NCBI GenBank assembly: GCA_949358305.1
Contig: OX442314.1
Coordinates: 6,386,001 to 6,450,000, forward strand
Direction: 5' to 3'
DNA from: Strigamia acuminata
Taxonomy: Eukaryota
Length of the DNA stretch: 64,000 bases
Positions 25,491-37,156 of this stretch are shown piece after piece. The position numbers were made by a program, and so were the translations under genes. Under the pieces are notes generated by a model. It saw only the letters and a list, made by a program, of their open reading frames with translations, was not told where the DNA came from and ran no database searches. Every line of letters begins with the position of its first letter. Within the stretch, counting starts at the first letter, position 1.

Positions 25491-26272
25491 CCCAAATTTC
25501 TACCCAAACATTAAATTTCTACTTAAAAAACTCGCTTACACGAAAATTAACCCTCTCTAATCATTCACATCAACCCCTTTAAAAATCACACATTTATTAA
25601 TCATTTAAAAATTAAAAAAAAAAAAAAAATTTACAAAGCCTCAGTGCGGAAACAACTTTCATTTCTCACTTAATTTAGACCTCATCTTGTAATTTATGTT
25701 ATCAACGCTTACATAACACTCTTACAACCTGTCACACACAAAAGACAAAACCCATGCGAAAAAAAACCAAAAATAAATCCAAAAACAACCACCAGGGAAA
25801 CCGCCCCCCCAAGTGACAAAACCAAGCACAACAAACAACATGGCCGCCAGTATTTTCCACCTTTAATCCCAATTGATAACATATCAAATTCAATAAATAA
25901 AAAAAAAATTATCTAAAAAAAAAAATTAAATTAAAAAAATACAACCACACCACCCCAACCACGCCTTGTTGTTGTTTTTAATTTAGGAAAATTCCTGGCC
26001 ATTCATTTGCAAGCCAAAATAAATAAAAACTTCACAAAACAAACAAAACGTGCCAAAAACACCGCTTACGCAAGCACATAGCTTCAATTCAAATCCAACT
26101 GTGCTAATGATAATTCACACGTGTATTTCGACGAATTTATTTATCAGCGAAACGAAAAAAATAAAATAAAATAAAATATTTATTTTCCTAAAAAAATTAA
26201 AAATAAACACACATTAAAAACGGTGTCGAATGCAATAATTATATCATTAACGATATTTAATGCCGTTTTAAC

Positions 26273-26306
<34 letters not shown>

Positions 26307-27427
26307 AAACTTTGGAATTCGATCCAAAAAATGAAAAAATTCGACATTTTCCACAAAAATCTTTCCGCCAATCCAAAAAATCGTCAAAATCCAATGACCG
26401 AATTCACAATTCGCTCGAACCTCGACTCATGTATGTTTAGGTAGGTCAGTTACGGCGCCTAAACCCCGTAATTATCGATAATTACGTTACTTGATTTCAA
26501 AGTCGAGTTAGGCCTAATCCGCCATTGCAATGTCAACGAACTCAAACTGGGGTATATTGGTACACGTAATATCGCCGTTAAGTTACCTCGCCGTACATCC
26601 CGAGTAAATTACATTCGATTTAAACGATCGAAGGTTTTTTTTCCGAGTGGGCAATAAGCGCGATTCGTTGCAATATCGCCGGTTCGAGCAAATAGGCCTA
26701 AATAGGCCTCGCGCTAGCTCGTGCGCTAAAAATAGCGGTTTCAATTGCTTTTTAGGTTTAAGTTTAGATAAACCTGTTTGTTGATGCTTTTCGGCGTGTT
26801 AAATGAAATGGATTGGATTTTTTTTTCTCGTTTTGTCGCGAAACGTCGAAAGAGTGGGATCGAAATCGAGGGTTGCGAAATTGCGATGGAAGCCACGCGT
26901 TTTCTAGACTGCTTGGCACCTGATAAAGGCCGAATGGTTTGGTTTGAATTTTTCGTTTGAAATTGGATTTTTGTACGTTTGATTTAAATTAGCGGATGAT
27001 TTGGGACACGTTGTGTGAAGTGTGGTGAGCAGATGGTTCTGTGGATATTTTGAGTAAATTGGAATTTTTATGGATGAAAACATCGAAAAAATATGAGTTT
27101 TTATAATAAATTGACGCAATTTATCCGGTATTTTGACACGTTACATAAAATTCGGTAATTTTGTGGTGAAAAAAACCGATTTTTTTTTTAGTAAAACGCG
27201 ATTTATTTGCGATTTTCTGCCAAAAAAAATCGATTTTCGCCAAAAAATACCAAAAATTGAACCAAAAAATTCGATTTTCATCAAAAAAGACCAAAAATTA
27301 AACCAAAAATTTCGATTTTAACCACAAAATACCAAAAAATTGAACAAAAAATTCGATTTTCACCAAAAAATACCAAAAAATGAACCAACAAAATTCAAAA
27401 TTTGCTATTTCAACTCATTTTTTTTAC

Positions 27428-27492
27428 CTTTAGCCCACGGATTTGGTGGATCCAAATACCCAGTAACCAGCGAATCATCAGCAGGAAAATTC
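27428..27492 (-). CDS. PPP1R37: PPP1R37 exon 2 (second half of RVxF motif)
   Basis: tgctag|...|gtaaaa; (V)NFPADDSLVTGYLDPPNPWAK. Confidence 0.88.
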
Positions 27493-27647
27493 CTAGCAAA
27501 AAAAACGGAAAAAAATCAGAAAAAATCCAAAAAAAAACCAAAAAAAAACCAAAAACATCTTTCCTTCATTTCCCACAATTTTTTTTCCAAAAACCCCAAA
27601 AACAAAATAAAAAAAACAAAATAAAACGATCCCAATAAAATACATAC

Positions 27648-27739
27648 ACTCTCCTCATGACCTTTACTTCAATTTTCTCTTCGCCCATAGACATAACGGG
27701 ACTTTTGATAGCGGATCGCAGATTTTCACTACCCATCAT
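27648..27739 (-). CDS. PPP1R37: PPP1R37 exon 1 (start codon)
   Basis: MMGSENLRSAIKSPVMSMGEEKIEVKVMRR(V)|gtatgt; phase 2 joins exon 2 to give RRVNF. Confidence 0.8.
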
Positions 27740-28649
27740 TATTTCTTGCAAAAAAAAGTCCACAATTAAAAAAAAACGTGTCGAAACGTAAAAAAAACCT
27801 ATCCAAGTCGCATTTCCGAGCAATATAACCCGTTATCCAACGATAACCACTGGCTGTGTCGATACTGTGTCCGCCATCTTGGCACCGACGACCGCCAAAA
27901 CCAAATCACGCACCATAGTTAGCAGTTTGCAGCCGCGACGGCGGAAGGACTTTTTCACTCTCACGCCACTCGCAGCCGATTAGACTTAACCGATTTCGCT
28001 CATCGTGCGGCGGAGCTTCGTTCAGGTCGTCTGTGCGGCCGTGTCGGGCTGATCGGGTCGAATCATAGGCTGGAACGTCGCGTTATCGGGGCGAGATCGT
28101 CGAGTTGTGCTTCGGCCGAGTCGGTGTAGTTCTGCATAAAGCGACGTGCGCACTGCTCTATGTTGTAGTTGCCATGGAGACAAGCAGCGTCATCTAGAGT
28201 TGATCGAACTAATCAATATAATTCGTTCTTAGAAAATAAAAACGAGGACGAAATAAATGTTTTAAATGATAAAAATTATGATTTTCGCGTTTGTTTTCGT
28301 TTGTTTTCGTTAATTTAATCATTTGAAGTTAAAAAATCCTTTTTATTTGTTGTCTAAAAATATTACTCAATTTTTTTTCGTAAAAAAATCAAATTAAATT
28401 AAAAAACCGACTAAATTTCTTTGTTTTGAATTTATTTATTTATTTATTTATTTATTTACACGAATAATTACATAACGTCTTATTTTGATGTACAATTTCG
28501 TCACGCGGCGGCAGCACCGCGCAATGGCGGTCGTCAAAATGGCGGCTCATAGCTTGTTTACTTACACACGTGCGCGGGTAGTTGCGGGTCGATAACGCCG
28601 GTAAAAAACGGGATTTACGTGCGATTTTGAGTTAATAAGTGCAAGTGCG
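27740..28649. promoter_or_regulatory. Bidirectional promoter/5'UTR region shared by PPP1R37 and TRMT61A
   Basis: Divergent start codons ~0.9 kb apart; CpG-rich; YY1/Pho-type AAGATGGCGG (minus, 27871-27880) and AAAATGGCGG (plus, 28536-28545); X-box GTTGCCATGGAGAC at 28168-28181. Confidence 0.7.
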
Positions 28650-28974
28650 ATGAGTTTTTCGACGTACAAACGTGAAGTGGACGTGGGAGACACAGTGGTT
28701 GTGTATTTGAGCGTGAACAACATTTATTCGATCGTGATCAAGGGCGGAGAAGTTTTCCAGACGAAGTACGGCGCGCTCAAACACGACGATTTGATCGGGA
28801 AAGAATTCGGGAAGAAAGTGCAATGCAGTCGCGGTTGGGTTTATATTTTGCACCCGACGCCCGAGTTGTGGACGTTGACGTTGCCGCATAGGACGCAGAT
28901 TCTGTACACGCCGGATATCAGTTTGATCACGTTGTATTTGGAGCTGAAACCAGGAAGTCGAGTTTGTGAAGCAG
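28650..28974 (+). CDS. TRMT61A: TRMT61A exon 1
   Basis: MSFSTYKREV...PTPELWTLTLPHRTQILYTPDISLITLYLELKPGSRVCEAG|gtattg. Confidence 0.95.
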
Positions 28975-28989
28975 GTATTGGTTTTGCAT

Positions 28990-29560
28990 TGGTTTTCGTG
29001 AGATTTACAGTGGTTTTCATAAGATTTACAGTGTTTCTCATGAAATTTAAGGAGATTTGCAGTGTTTTTCATGAAATTTAAGCAGATTTACAGTGTTTTT
29101 CATGAAATTTAAGGAGATTTGCAGTGTTTTTCATGAAATTTAAGCAGATTTACAGTGTTTTTCATGAAATTTACGGAGATTTACAGTGTTTTTCAAGAAA
29201 TTTAAGGAGATTTACAGTGTTTTTCGAGAAATTTAAGGAGATTTACAGTGTTTTTCATGAAATTTAAGGAGATTTACAGTGTTTTTCATGAAATTTAAGG
29301 AGATTTACAGTGTTTTTTTTTATAAAATTTAAGGAGATTTACAGTGGTTTTTATGAAATTTAAGATTTACAGTGGTTTTCATGAGATTTATGGAGATTTA
29401 CAGTGATTTTTATGCAATTTAAAGAGATTTTGTAGATTTAAGGAGATTTACAGTGGTTTTCAGGAATTTTAGGAGATTTACAATGTTTTACATAAAATTT
29501 AATGAGATTTACAGTGGTTTTTATTAAATTTAATGAGATTTTGTAGATTTGAGGAGATTT
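28990..29560. repeat. Tandem array, 31 bp unit GAAATTTAAGGAGATTTACAGTGTTTTTCAT
   Basis: Visible; starts right after the TRMT61A exon 1 donor. Confidence 0.9.
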
Positions 29561-30119
29561 TGTTTATTTAATATAATTTCAGGCTTATTTAAATAGATTC
29601 AGTGGGTTTAATGGGATTTACAGTGAATTAACTTAATTTATGGTGGATTTGATGAGATTTTATTGCGTATTTAAAGAGATTTTACTGTGTTTATAAGGAG
29701 ATTTAGTGGATTTAATGAAATTTAGTATTGATTTAAAGAGATTGAGTGAGTTTAATGGAATGTACAGTGAATGTAAGGGGATTTTTTGTGGTTTTATTGA
29801 AATTTTCGAATTTTCTATTGATTTGAACAGATTTAGTGGGTTAGTGGGATTTACTGTGGATGTAAGGAGATTGAGTGAATTTAATGAGATTTGTTCAGTA
29901 TTTTATGGAATTTCTAGATTTCTGTACTACCATTTGATTCACACAGGAATTCCTAGATTTATTATGTATTTGTTGGATTTATGCTGGATCTGGAAGATTG
30001 ACAGTGCATAAAAAATTCTTTTCTAGATTTATGGATTTTCTATTAATTTGTTGGATTTTATCAACCGATGACAAGTTCAATAAATCCACTTTTAAATTCA
30101 ATAAGTGTCATCAATCTTA

Positions 30120-30620
30120 GAAATCAGGTCATAAATCATATAAATCAGGTCATAAATCCTAGAATTCATGTTATAAATCCTAGAATTCATGTTATAAATC
30201 CATGAAATCAGGTTATAAATTTATGAAATCAGGTTATAAATCAATGAAATCAGGTTATAAATCAATGAAATCAGGTTATAAATCCATGAAAACTTCATAA
30301 ATTTATTAAAAAGGGTATAAATCTATTAAAAAGGTTATGAATCTATTAAAAAGGGTATAAATCTATTAAAAAGATTATGAATCTATTAAAAAGGTTATAA
30401 ATCTATTAAAAAGGTTATAAATCTATTAAAAAGGTTATAAATTTATTAAAAAGGTTATAAATTTATTAAAAAGGTTATAAATCTATTAAAAAGGTTATAA
30501 ATCTGTGAAATCAAGTCATAAATCTATGAAATCAAGTCATAAATTTATGAAATGTGTCAAGAAGCCAGCAAATCAGGATATAAATCTATGAAATCTGTCA
30601 AGAATCCAAGAAATCTTATA
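30120..30620. repeat. Tandem array, 20 bp unit AAAGGTTATAAATCTATTAA / ATCAGGTTATAAATCAATGA
   Basis: Visible. Confidence 0.88.
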
Positions 30621-30827
30621 AATCTATATTATAAATCTCATAAATCAATATAATAAATTTAATAAATCCAAGAAATCTACTGTAAATCCGTTGAATCCAC
30701 TGTTTATCCAAAAATCCAAAAAATCTACTGTAATCCACTGAATCCACTGAATCCACTGAATCCACTGTTTATCCAAAAATCCCCTTAAATCCAAAAACAT
30801 TGACTATTCATTCTCCATTTATTCCAG

Positions 30828-31094
30828 GAACCGGAAGCGGCTCGTTATCGCACGCCATTTTGCGCACCATATACCCGGATGGGCATTTATTCACATTCGA
30901 TTTCCACGCGCAACGAGTCGAAGTAGCCAAACAAGAATTCACCCAACACGGTTTCGAACACATGGTGACCGCGCAGTCGCGTGACGTCGCCGCCGACGGA
31001 TTCGGAATGCAAGAGACCGTCGACGCCGTTTTCCTCGACCTGCCCTTACCCTGGGAAGTAGTGCCATCTGCGGCCAAAGCGATCAAACTCAACG
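30828..31094 (+). CDS. TRMT61A: TRMT61A exon 2
   Basis: ttccag|GTGSGSLSHAILRTIYPDGHLFTFDFH...DAVFLDLPLPW...KLNG|gtaagc. Confidence 0.95.
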
Positions 31095-31979
31095 GTAAGC
31101 GAACATTTCCATTCTCGCCCAACAGATGGCGCCGCCCGTCCAAACCTTGTCAGGCCTAAAATCCATCGCGTTTTCGCCGTTTCTTTCCGCTTTATTCGCG
31201 AAATTCCAATATAAATTTAAAAATCGCATTCAAAAATTCATTTATTCGGGTTTCATTATTTTTATTATCAAATATGGCGCATCTCGATCGCCGTATGATT
31301 TAGATGCGGGAGATAAGCAATCCAGTTATTACATTCCTGGGCGCCATTTGCATTGGCATTTATCGTTTGGTGGGAACGGATGGAAAAATCTGGAATAAAA
31401 ATATAAAAAATGGCTGAGATGTGGTCATTGTGTGCTGATTGTGGGTCCCACATTCGGAGGAGATTTTTATCTGGCGCTGGACTTAGCAGTGCCCTCGCTT
31501 GACAATTTATTTGACCTTTTAAAAAGTGTGTGTAGTAAAACAAAGGATTTATGCTGCCATTTTGAGGACTGATGGTTGATGGGTAATGCAGCTAGGTGGA
31601 AGGGAAAACATGGACATTCCTGGAGAGTGGAGGAAATTCATTTTGTGTATTTTTTTTATTTTTTTATATTTTTATTTTTTTTTTTATATTTAGAATTTAT
31701 TTATTTGGTTTTTAATGCATTGGGTATTGTTCTATCATTACCACGAGATGTCAGGTTGGTTTTTTTATTGGTTTTTGAGGCTTGTGGCACCATGCTGGGT
31801 GTTTTTTTACCCATATTTCACAATTAATAGTGTGGAAATTAAGTTGTGTTGTGGAGTGTGGGAGGATGAGGTTTGGAGTTTTGGAGTTGTAAAGATGAAT
31901 TTTTTTGGTGTTTTGGAGTTGTTTTGTGAGTGGATTTCGTTTTGAGTTATTGGTTTGGATTTTGCATGGTTTTATGGGA

Positions 31980-32590
31980 TTGTGCGAGGTTTTGTGAGAT
32001 TATCCGAGATTTCTCGAGATTCTGTGAGGTTTTGTGAGGTTATGTAAAATTCTGTGAGATTTTATGAGATTAGGCGAGGTTTGTGAAATTATGTAAAATT
32101 CTACGAGATTTTGTGAGATTCTGTGAAATTCTGTGAGATTTCTAGAGATTCTGCGATATTTTGTGAGATTTCTAGAGATTCTGCGAGATTTCTAGAGATT
32201 CTGCGAGATTTTTAGAGATTCTGGGGGATTTATAGAGATTTCTAGAGATTCTGTGGGATTTATAGAGATTTCTAGAGATTCTGCGGGATTTATAGAGATT
32301 TCTAGAGATTCTGCGGGATTTATAGAGATTTCTAGAGATTCTGCGGGATTTATAGAGATTCTACGAGATTTATAGACATACTGCGAGATTTACCATGATT
32401 TTTGGAGGCTTTGTGAGGTTTCACAAGTGAATAAGAGATTTTGTGATATGTAATGAGTTTTCAAAAAATCCGCGACATTTCAGAGGATTACATGAGATCC
32501 AACGAGATTACCTGAGATCTCACAAGTTTACATGGACTTTGTGAAATTTTACAAGATCTTGCGAGATTTTGTAATATTTTACAAGATTTA
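31980..32590. repeat. Tandem array, 10 bp unit GAGATTYYNN with 30 bp higher-order repeat
   Basis: Visible. Confidence 0.85.
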
Positions 32591-33729
32591 TTTTGTGCGG
32601 TGGTGCAGTCAAGCAAGTTTGACCGACATGCGACTCCGTGTGCACAACTGTCATGTAAACAGGGATAACAAGGATTATTCGAGTAGTGAATAATCCCTCG
32701 CAGAAGGTTGTTTAATTCGAGTAAACTCGAACTATTTTTAATGCGCATGCGCGCTTCACTTCCAGCACGTCCCCATTGGTCTAAAATCAAGTGTTCACGA
32801 ATTATTTTTTGCATGTAAACACAACAATTTGATTTTTTCTTAAATTTGACTTCACAACTGCAAAACGCGCTCCCATTGTGTCATGTGACCAGTTTTGGGC
32901 TGACGTTCACAAAAAATGGCTGCCAATAGCAGGTTAAAACGTCATGACACTTGTACAAAACTATCCTTAAGTGTGAACAACTGATTTCAGATTTGTAGAA
33001 AATTTGTAGAAAATCATAAGTTCTAGAAAAGTGGTTTAAGTGTGAACGACACGTTAGTGTGATCAATCCACAGGTCAAACTTCGCTAGAATGAACAGGTC
33101 TAAAAAAAATATTTCTAATATAGCAAATTTTGTTATAACGGATATTTATGCAAAATAAAAAATGGCGACTTATGCATTTATTTACCGATTTTCGCAAAAT
33201 ATGCAATTTAAGCCAATTTCGGCTTTTTATTCAATATAAATATATTCTATGCATTTATGCATTTATCCGGGGTCTATCGGTGTCGACGAAATAATTTAAC
33301 ATAAGCGAAATAGACAAATATATTCCAACGAGGAATTCATTCTAAAGGTGGGTTCACACTCGGAAGTAAAGTAAAGTAAAGTAAACAAAATGGCCGACCG
33401 CGGGCCCTTTTGTTTTATCCAGCAGAATCGCATTCAGCGAGTTCCCGAACGGGTGAATTAAGATGCAAGGTGCAATTTGGAATTCAAGAAAGGAGCGCAA
33501 AGCTTAAAAGTTTGAGTTGTAATTTGGCCGGACGAGTTAGAGGAACATTAACCTCGCCGGCCGAAGCGTTCTGACAAAAGCGAAAGATTTGATTAGGCAT
33601 TTGGTTGGCAAGCAGCGCCGTAACTCGTGTTGATAAGACAGCGATAAGAGGGGGTCTCGGCCATCATGTTGTGGCCACAGTCTTCTCTAGCTGTGAATAT
33701 GCAATTAATCAGCTAGCAGCAGGGTGTGC

Positions 33730-33990
33730 GATGAGAACAAATGTAATTGCTCCAGCCTCGCAATTTCTCGCAGCCGTCTCGTAACTTATTCCTTTTCATC
33801 TAGCAAGTCACGTGGGACGGTGATAAGTCAGTCTTAATGGAGTGAGAAAGCCACACTCGTGTTAATTTTGCGTCCGGGAAAGAAAAGCGCTTGAGATTAT
33901 AATGCAGGTGTGAAAATGATACGGGAATTAATTTGTATACATGACATGTAAGTGCGTTTCTATGGGCCCACACAATGCACGAAGTGGGCA
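33730..33990 (-). pseudogene. Possible decayed THAP zinc-finger remnant of a DNA transposon
   Basis: Minus-strand PTSCIVW...VSF...FPDAKLTRVW...VTC and a frameshifted KLR/AGAITF resemble THAP N-terminal C, FP..W and C-terminal AVPTIF motifs; Harbinger-like end ggtgggttcacac at 33347. Confidence 0.3.
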
Positions 33991-34392
33991 CTTTGGATTC
34001 ATAAAAGCCGGCATCGGCGTCTTGGTTCTGGCTTGCGTAAGTATGGGAGGAAGTGGAAGTGTCTTTTTCGGTAGCCGCGATCACTTTGATGCTTGAAGTG
34101 ACTTTTTAGGCTTTAGGTTTGTGTAGACGGCGACCAAAGGTCCATAGTAGACGTTGGTCCGTTTAATCCTTAATTCTGAAGCAATATACTACTCTTCTTC
34201 CATTTAGAGATGAAATTAATGTTCCAATGTTTGAATTTCACCAAATAATGCACCCATGCTAAGGACAACACCAAATAATCTAAAATATTTAGTTAATTCA
34301 ATGACAAATAGATTCATTTTCGTTATTAGAACGAATAGTAAGCATACCGGACATTAGAAATGAAAATTGGTTATATTTTTGATGATTTCGAG

Positions 34393-34627
34393 CACGTGGT
34401 CTCAAACTTTTTTCCAGCACAAATGATATTATTTGAACAATTTTTTTTATTTCTTAAATTTGATTTTTGAGTTATTATCTTATAATTTTAAACGATGCTT
34501 TGTTGTCGTGATATAAACCTGTAAATAAATTTTCAAGACAAAATTTGACTTGCAATTAAGAAACCTGGCGCGGAAGATCGCCTTGCTTAAAAATGGGTCG
34601 CGATGCTAAAAAGTTTGGGCACCCCTG
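34393..34627. mobile_element. Degenerate hAT/Charlie-like MITE
   Basis: cacgtggtctcaaactttt ... aaaagtttgggcacccctg imperfect TIRs. Confidence 0.5.
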
Positions 34628-35149
34628 GTTTAGAATAAGCGGTGTAATCGCAATATCGCAAAATTTTGCAAGCATCGCAATTTAATGCAACACACCGAAT
34701 GGCACGGCAAAAGAAACTAATTTTTAATATTTAAAAACAAATTATTTAAAAACAGATTTAAATTAAAAATGTGAGAATAAAATTAATTAATTGATTACTA
34801 TTAAAGCGACATATTGTGATCAGAAAATGTTGGCTTAAAATATTTGTTTTCGTAGATTTGTTCGAGGATATTTAGCATGCTCAGCATGCATTAGTCACTT
34901 CTATGAGGCAGAAAAGGGAGATTGTACATGACTTTTGTGAAACTTTTCCAAGCCTGAGATTTTAAAAAGTCATGGTTATATTTCCAGCACTTTCACTTAA
35001 GGATTGAATGCACTAATGTGCTCATTCATATGTGACTTGGGGTAAAGGAAGATGAAAAGGAGAAGTGACTTACAGACATGAGGGGGAGTGTCTGACAATT
35101 GAAAATGATGTGAGAAAGGTTTGAAATCTTTCGCATAGTTTTGGAATTT

Positions 35150-35590
35150 AAGAAGATTCTGAAGGATTCAGACAGATTCAGGAAGATTCTGAAGGATCCA
35201 GAGAGATTCAGTAAGATTCAGAGAGTTTCAGAAGGATTCAGAGAGATTCAGAAGGATTCATGGAGATTCAGAAAGATTCAGAGAGATTCCGAAGGGTTCA
35301 GAAAGATTCTGAAGGGTTCAGAGAGGTTTAGGAAGATTCAGAATGATTCAGGCAGATTCAAAATGATTCAGGCAGACTCAGAATGATTCAGAATGATTCA
35401 AGCAGATTCAGAGTGATTCAGAATGATTCAAGCAGATTCAGAATGATTCAGGCAGATTCAGAATGATTCAGGCAGATTCAGAATGATTCAGGCAGATTCA
35501 GAATGATTCAGGCAGATTCAGAATGATTCAGGCAGATTCAGAATGATTCAAAATGATTCAGAATGATTCAGAATGATTCAGGCAGATTAA
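35150..35590. repeat. Tandem array, 10 bp unit GATTCAGNNN
   Basis: Visible; same unit recurs at 36800-37080. Confidence 0.9.
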
Positions 35591-36331
35591 GAATGCCTGT
35601 AGAACACACAGGAACAATAAGTCACAAATGAAAACTCATATTCGATCATTTCGGCTTTTGAGGCTTTTGCCGTAGTCTTTCGATAGCTCGTTGTACCACC
35701 CAGCCAAACCACTTAATTTTTTAAAACCTGCTAATACGCTAGTTGCATTTGAAAAATCCATTTAGCCTAAACAACATTTTAAAACAACATATTTAAAGCA
35801 CCTGTTTAAATCTCTCGTTTAAAAAGACGTCTAAACCGTGCATTTAGACTGGTTTAAATCAGATAAAGCACGCTAAGTAAGTTTTAGAATGCAGCTGGTA
35901 TCTTTTAAGCGTTCCTCCACGCCAGGGCAATGACTTGACTTTGTTTCTAAAAGAAGATGCTGACAAGGAAAAATGCAAGGAAGTGCATTATACGATGCCA
36001 CGACCCTATGGAAATTGGGTTGTCAATTCAATTTTTATGGTGACATTTCCTCCTACCTTTCTCATGGCAATCATTCAGCCAGTGACTTTTACCCACCAAT
36101 TTTTCGGCTTGTTTTCAACCGCTGACCTCCGGGCCAAGAGGAAAGTTATACTAACCTCTTATGGCATTGAGGCCGGAAAAGTTCTGCCCAAATCTCATCT
36201 TGTTTATGCAATAGCAACAGCAATAAACCAAAGTTAGGTCAGCAACATCTTCATGATGCAGTCAGCCTCCCAAATGAACGGCAGAGCTCGCCGATACAAG
36301 TATCGAATAGACCCAATAGGTAATCAGCTTA

Positions 36332-37156
36332 AGGTGCGTTTTCATGTGAGATTTTTTTCTATTGTGCCGCTCCAAATATTGCACGCGGTGCATTTACGGG
36401 CGGTTTTCTTGCTTTGCTTTACACTGGAGCTTTGCTTTGCCATTTTCATGTGAGAGGTCGTTAGTGACGTCGCTGGCATATTTTCAAAATGGGTGCTCGA
36501 ATGTCTAGGAAACAGGTTGTTTAAAAAAAGTTGAAAGAAACATCAACGTTAGTATTGGAAAATGCATACAAATTAAGAAATGAATGTTGAGTTTCTTCAA
36601 TTTTTTTTCAGAATTTTTTTTCATTAATTTTTCGATTGCATGTGGTGAAAAATCTCAGCCAATGGGAACAATTTACCCAAACTCAACTTTTCGTTGGATC
36701 AAAATGGTCACGTGGTCTGTATCGAACGCGATATCGCGTGCGTAAAACGGTTGTGAACTAGCATCGTTAGTCGCGCGCGATTTTGGTTCTTGCTTTACAA
36801 ATCGATTCAGGAAGATTCTTATGGATTCAGAGAGATTCAGGAAGATTCTGAAGGATTCAGAGAGATTCAGGAAGATTCAGGAAGATTCTGAAAGATTCAG
36901 AGAGATTCAGGAAGATTCTGAAGGATTTGGAGAGATTAGGAAGATTCTGAAGGGTTAAGAGAGATTCAGGAAGATTCAGGAAGATTCAGAGAGATTCAGG
37001 AAGATTCAGAGAGATTCAGGAAGATTCAGAGAGATTCAGGAAGATTCTGAAGGATTCTGACAGATTCAGAAGGATTCAGGATGCTTTGTTGAAAATGACA
37101 AGGTGGGCGATTTTTGTCTCGCGATTTAAGAAAAAATCGCACATGAAAACGCACCT
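36332..37156. mobile_element. PIF/Harbinger-type MITE carrying an internal 10 bp GATTCAG array (36800-37080)
   Basis: TIRs aggtgcgttttcatgtgagatttttt / aaaaaatcgcacatgaaaacgcacct with TTA TSD. Confidence 0.82.

Larger units (their letters stand above)
4139..27739 (-). other. PPP1R37: Gene model: PPP1R37/LRRC68-like PP1 regulatory subunit, 12 coding exons, 3879 nt CDS (~1292 aa)
   Basis: Exons 27648-27739, 27428-27492, 23433-23530, 16250-16295, 15137-15237, 12817-12936, 8496-8646, 8274-8419, 8059-8190, 7301-7442, 7071-7237, 4139-6757 join in frame with GT-AG boundaries. Product has RRVNFPADDSLVTGYLDPPNPW, LEEIFKRVQF, ALFDMIEYYESA and RNase-inhibitor-type LRRs, which I recognise as PPP1R37 family. 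Confidence 0.9.
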
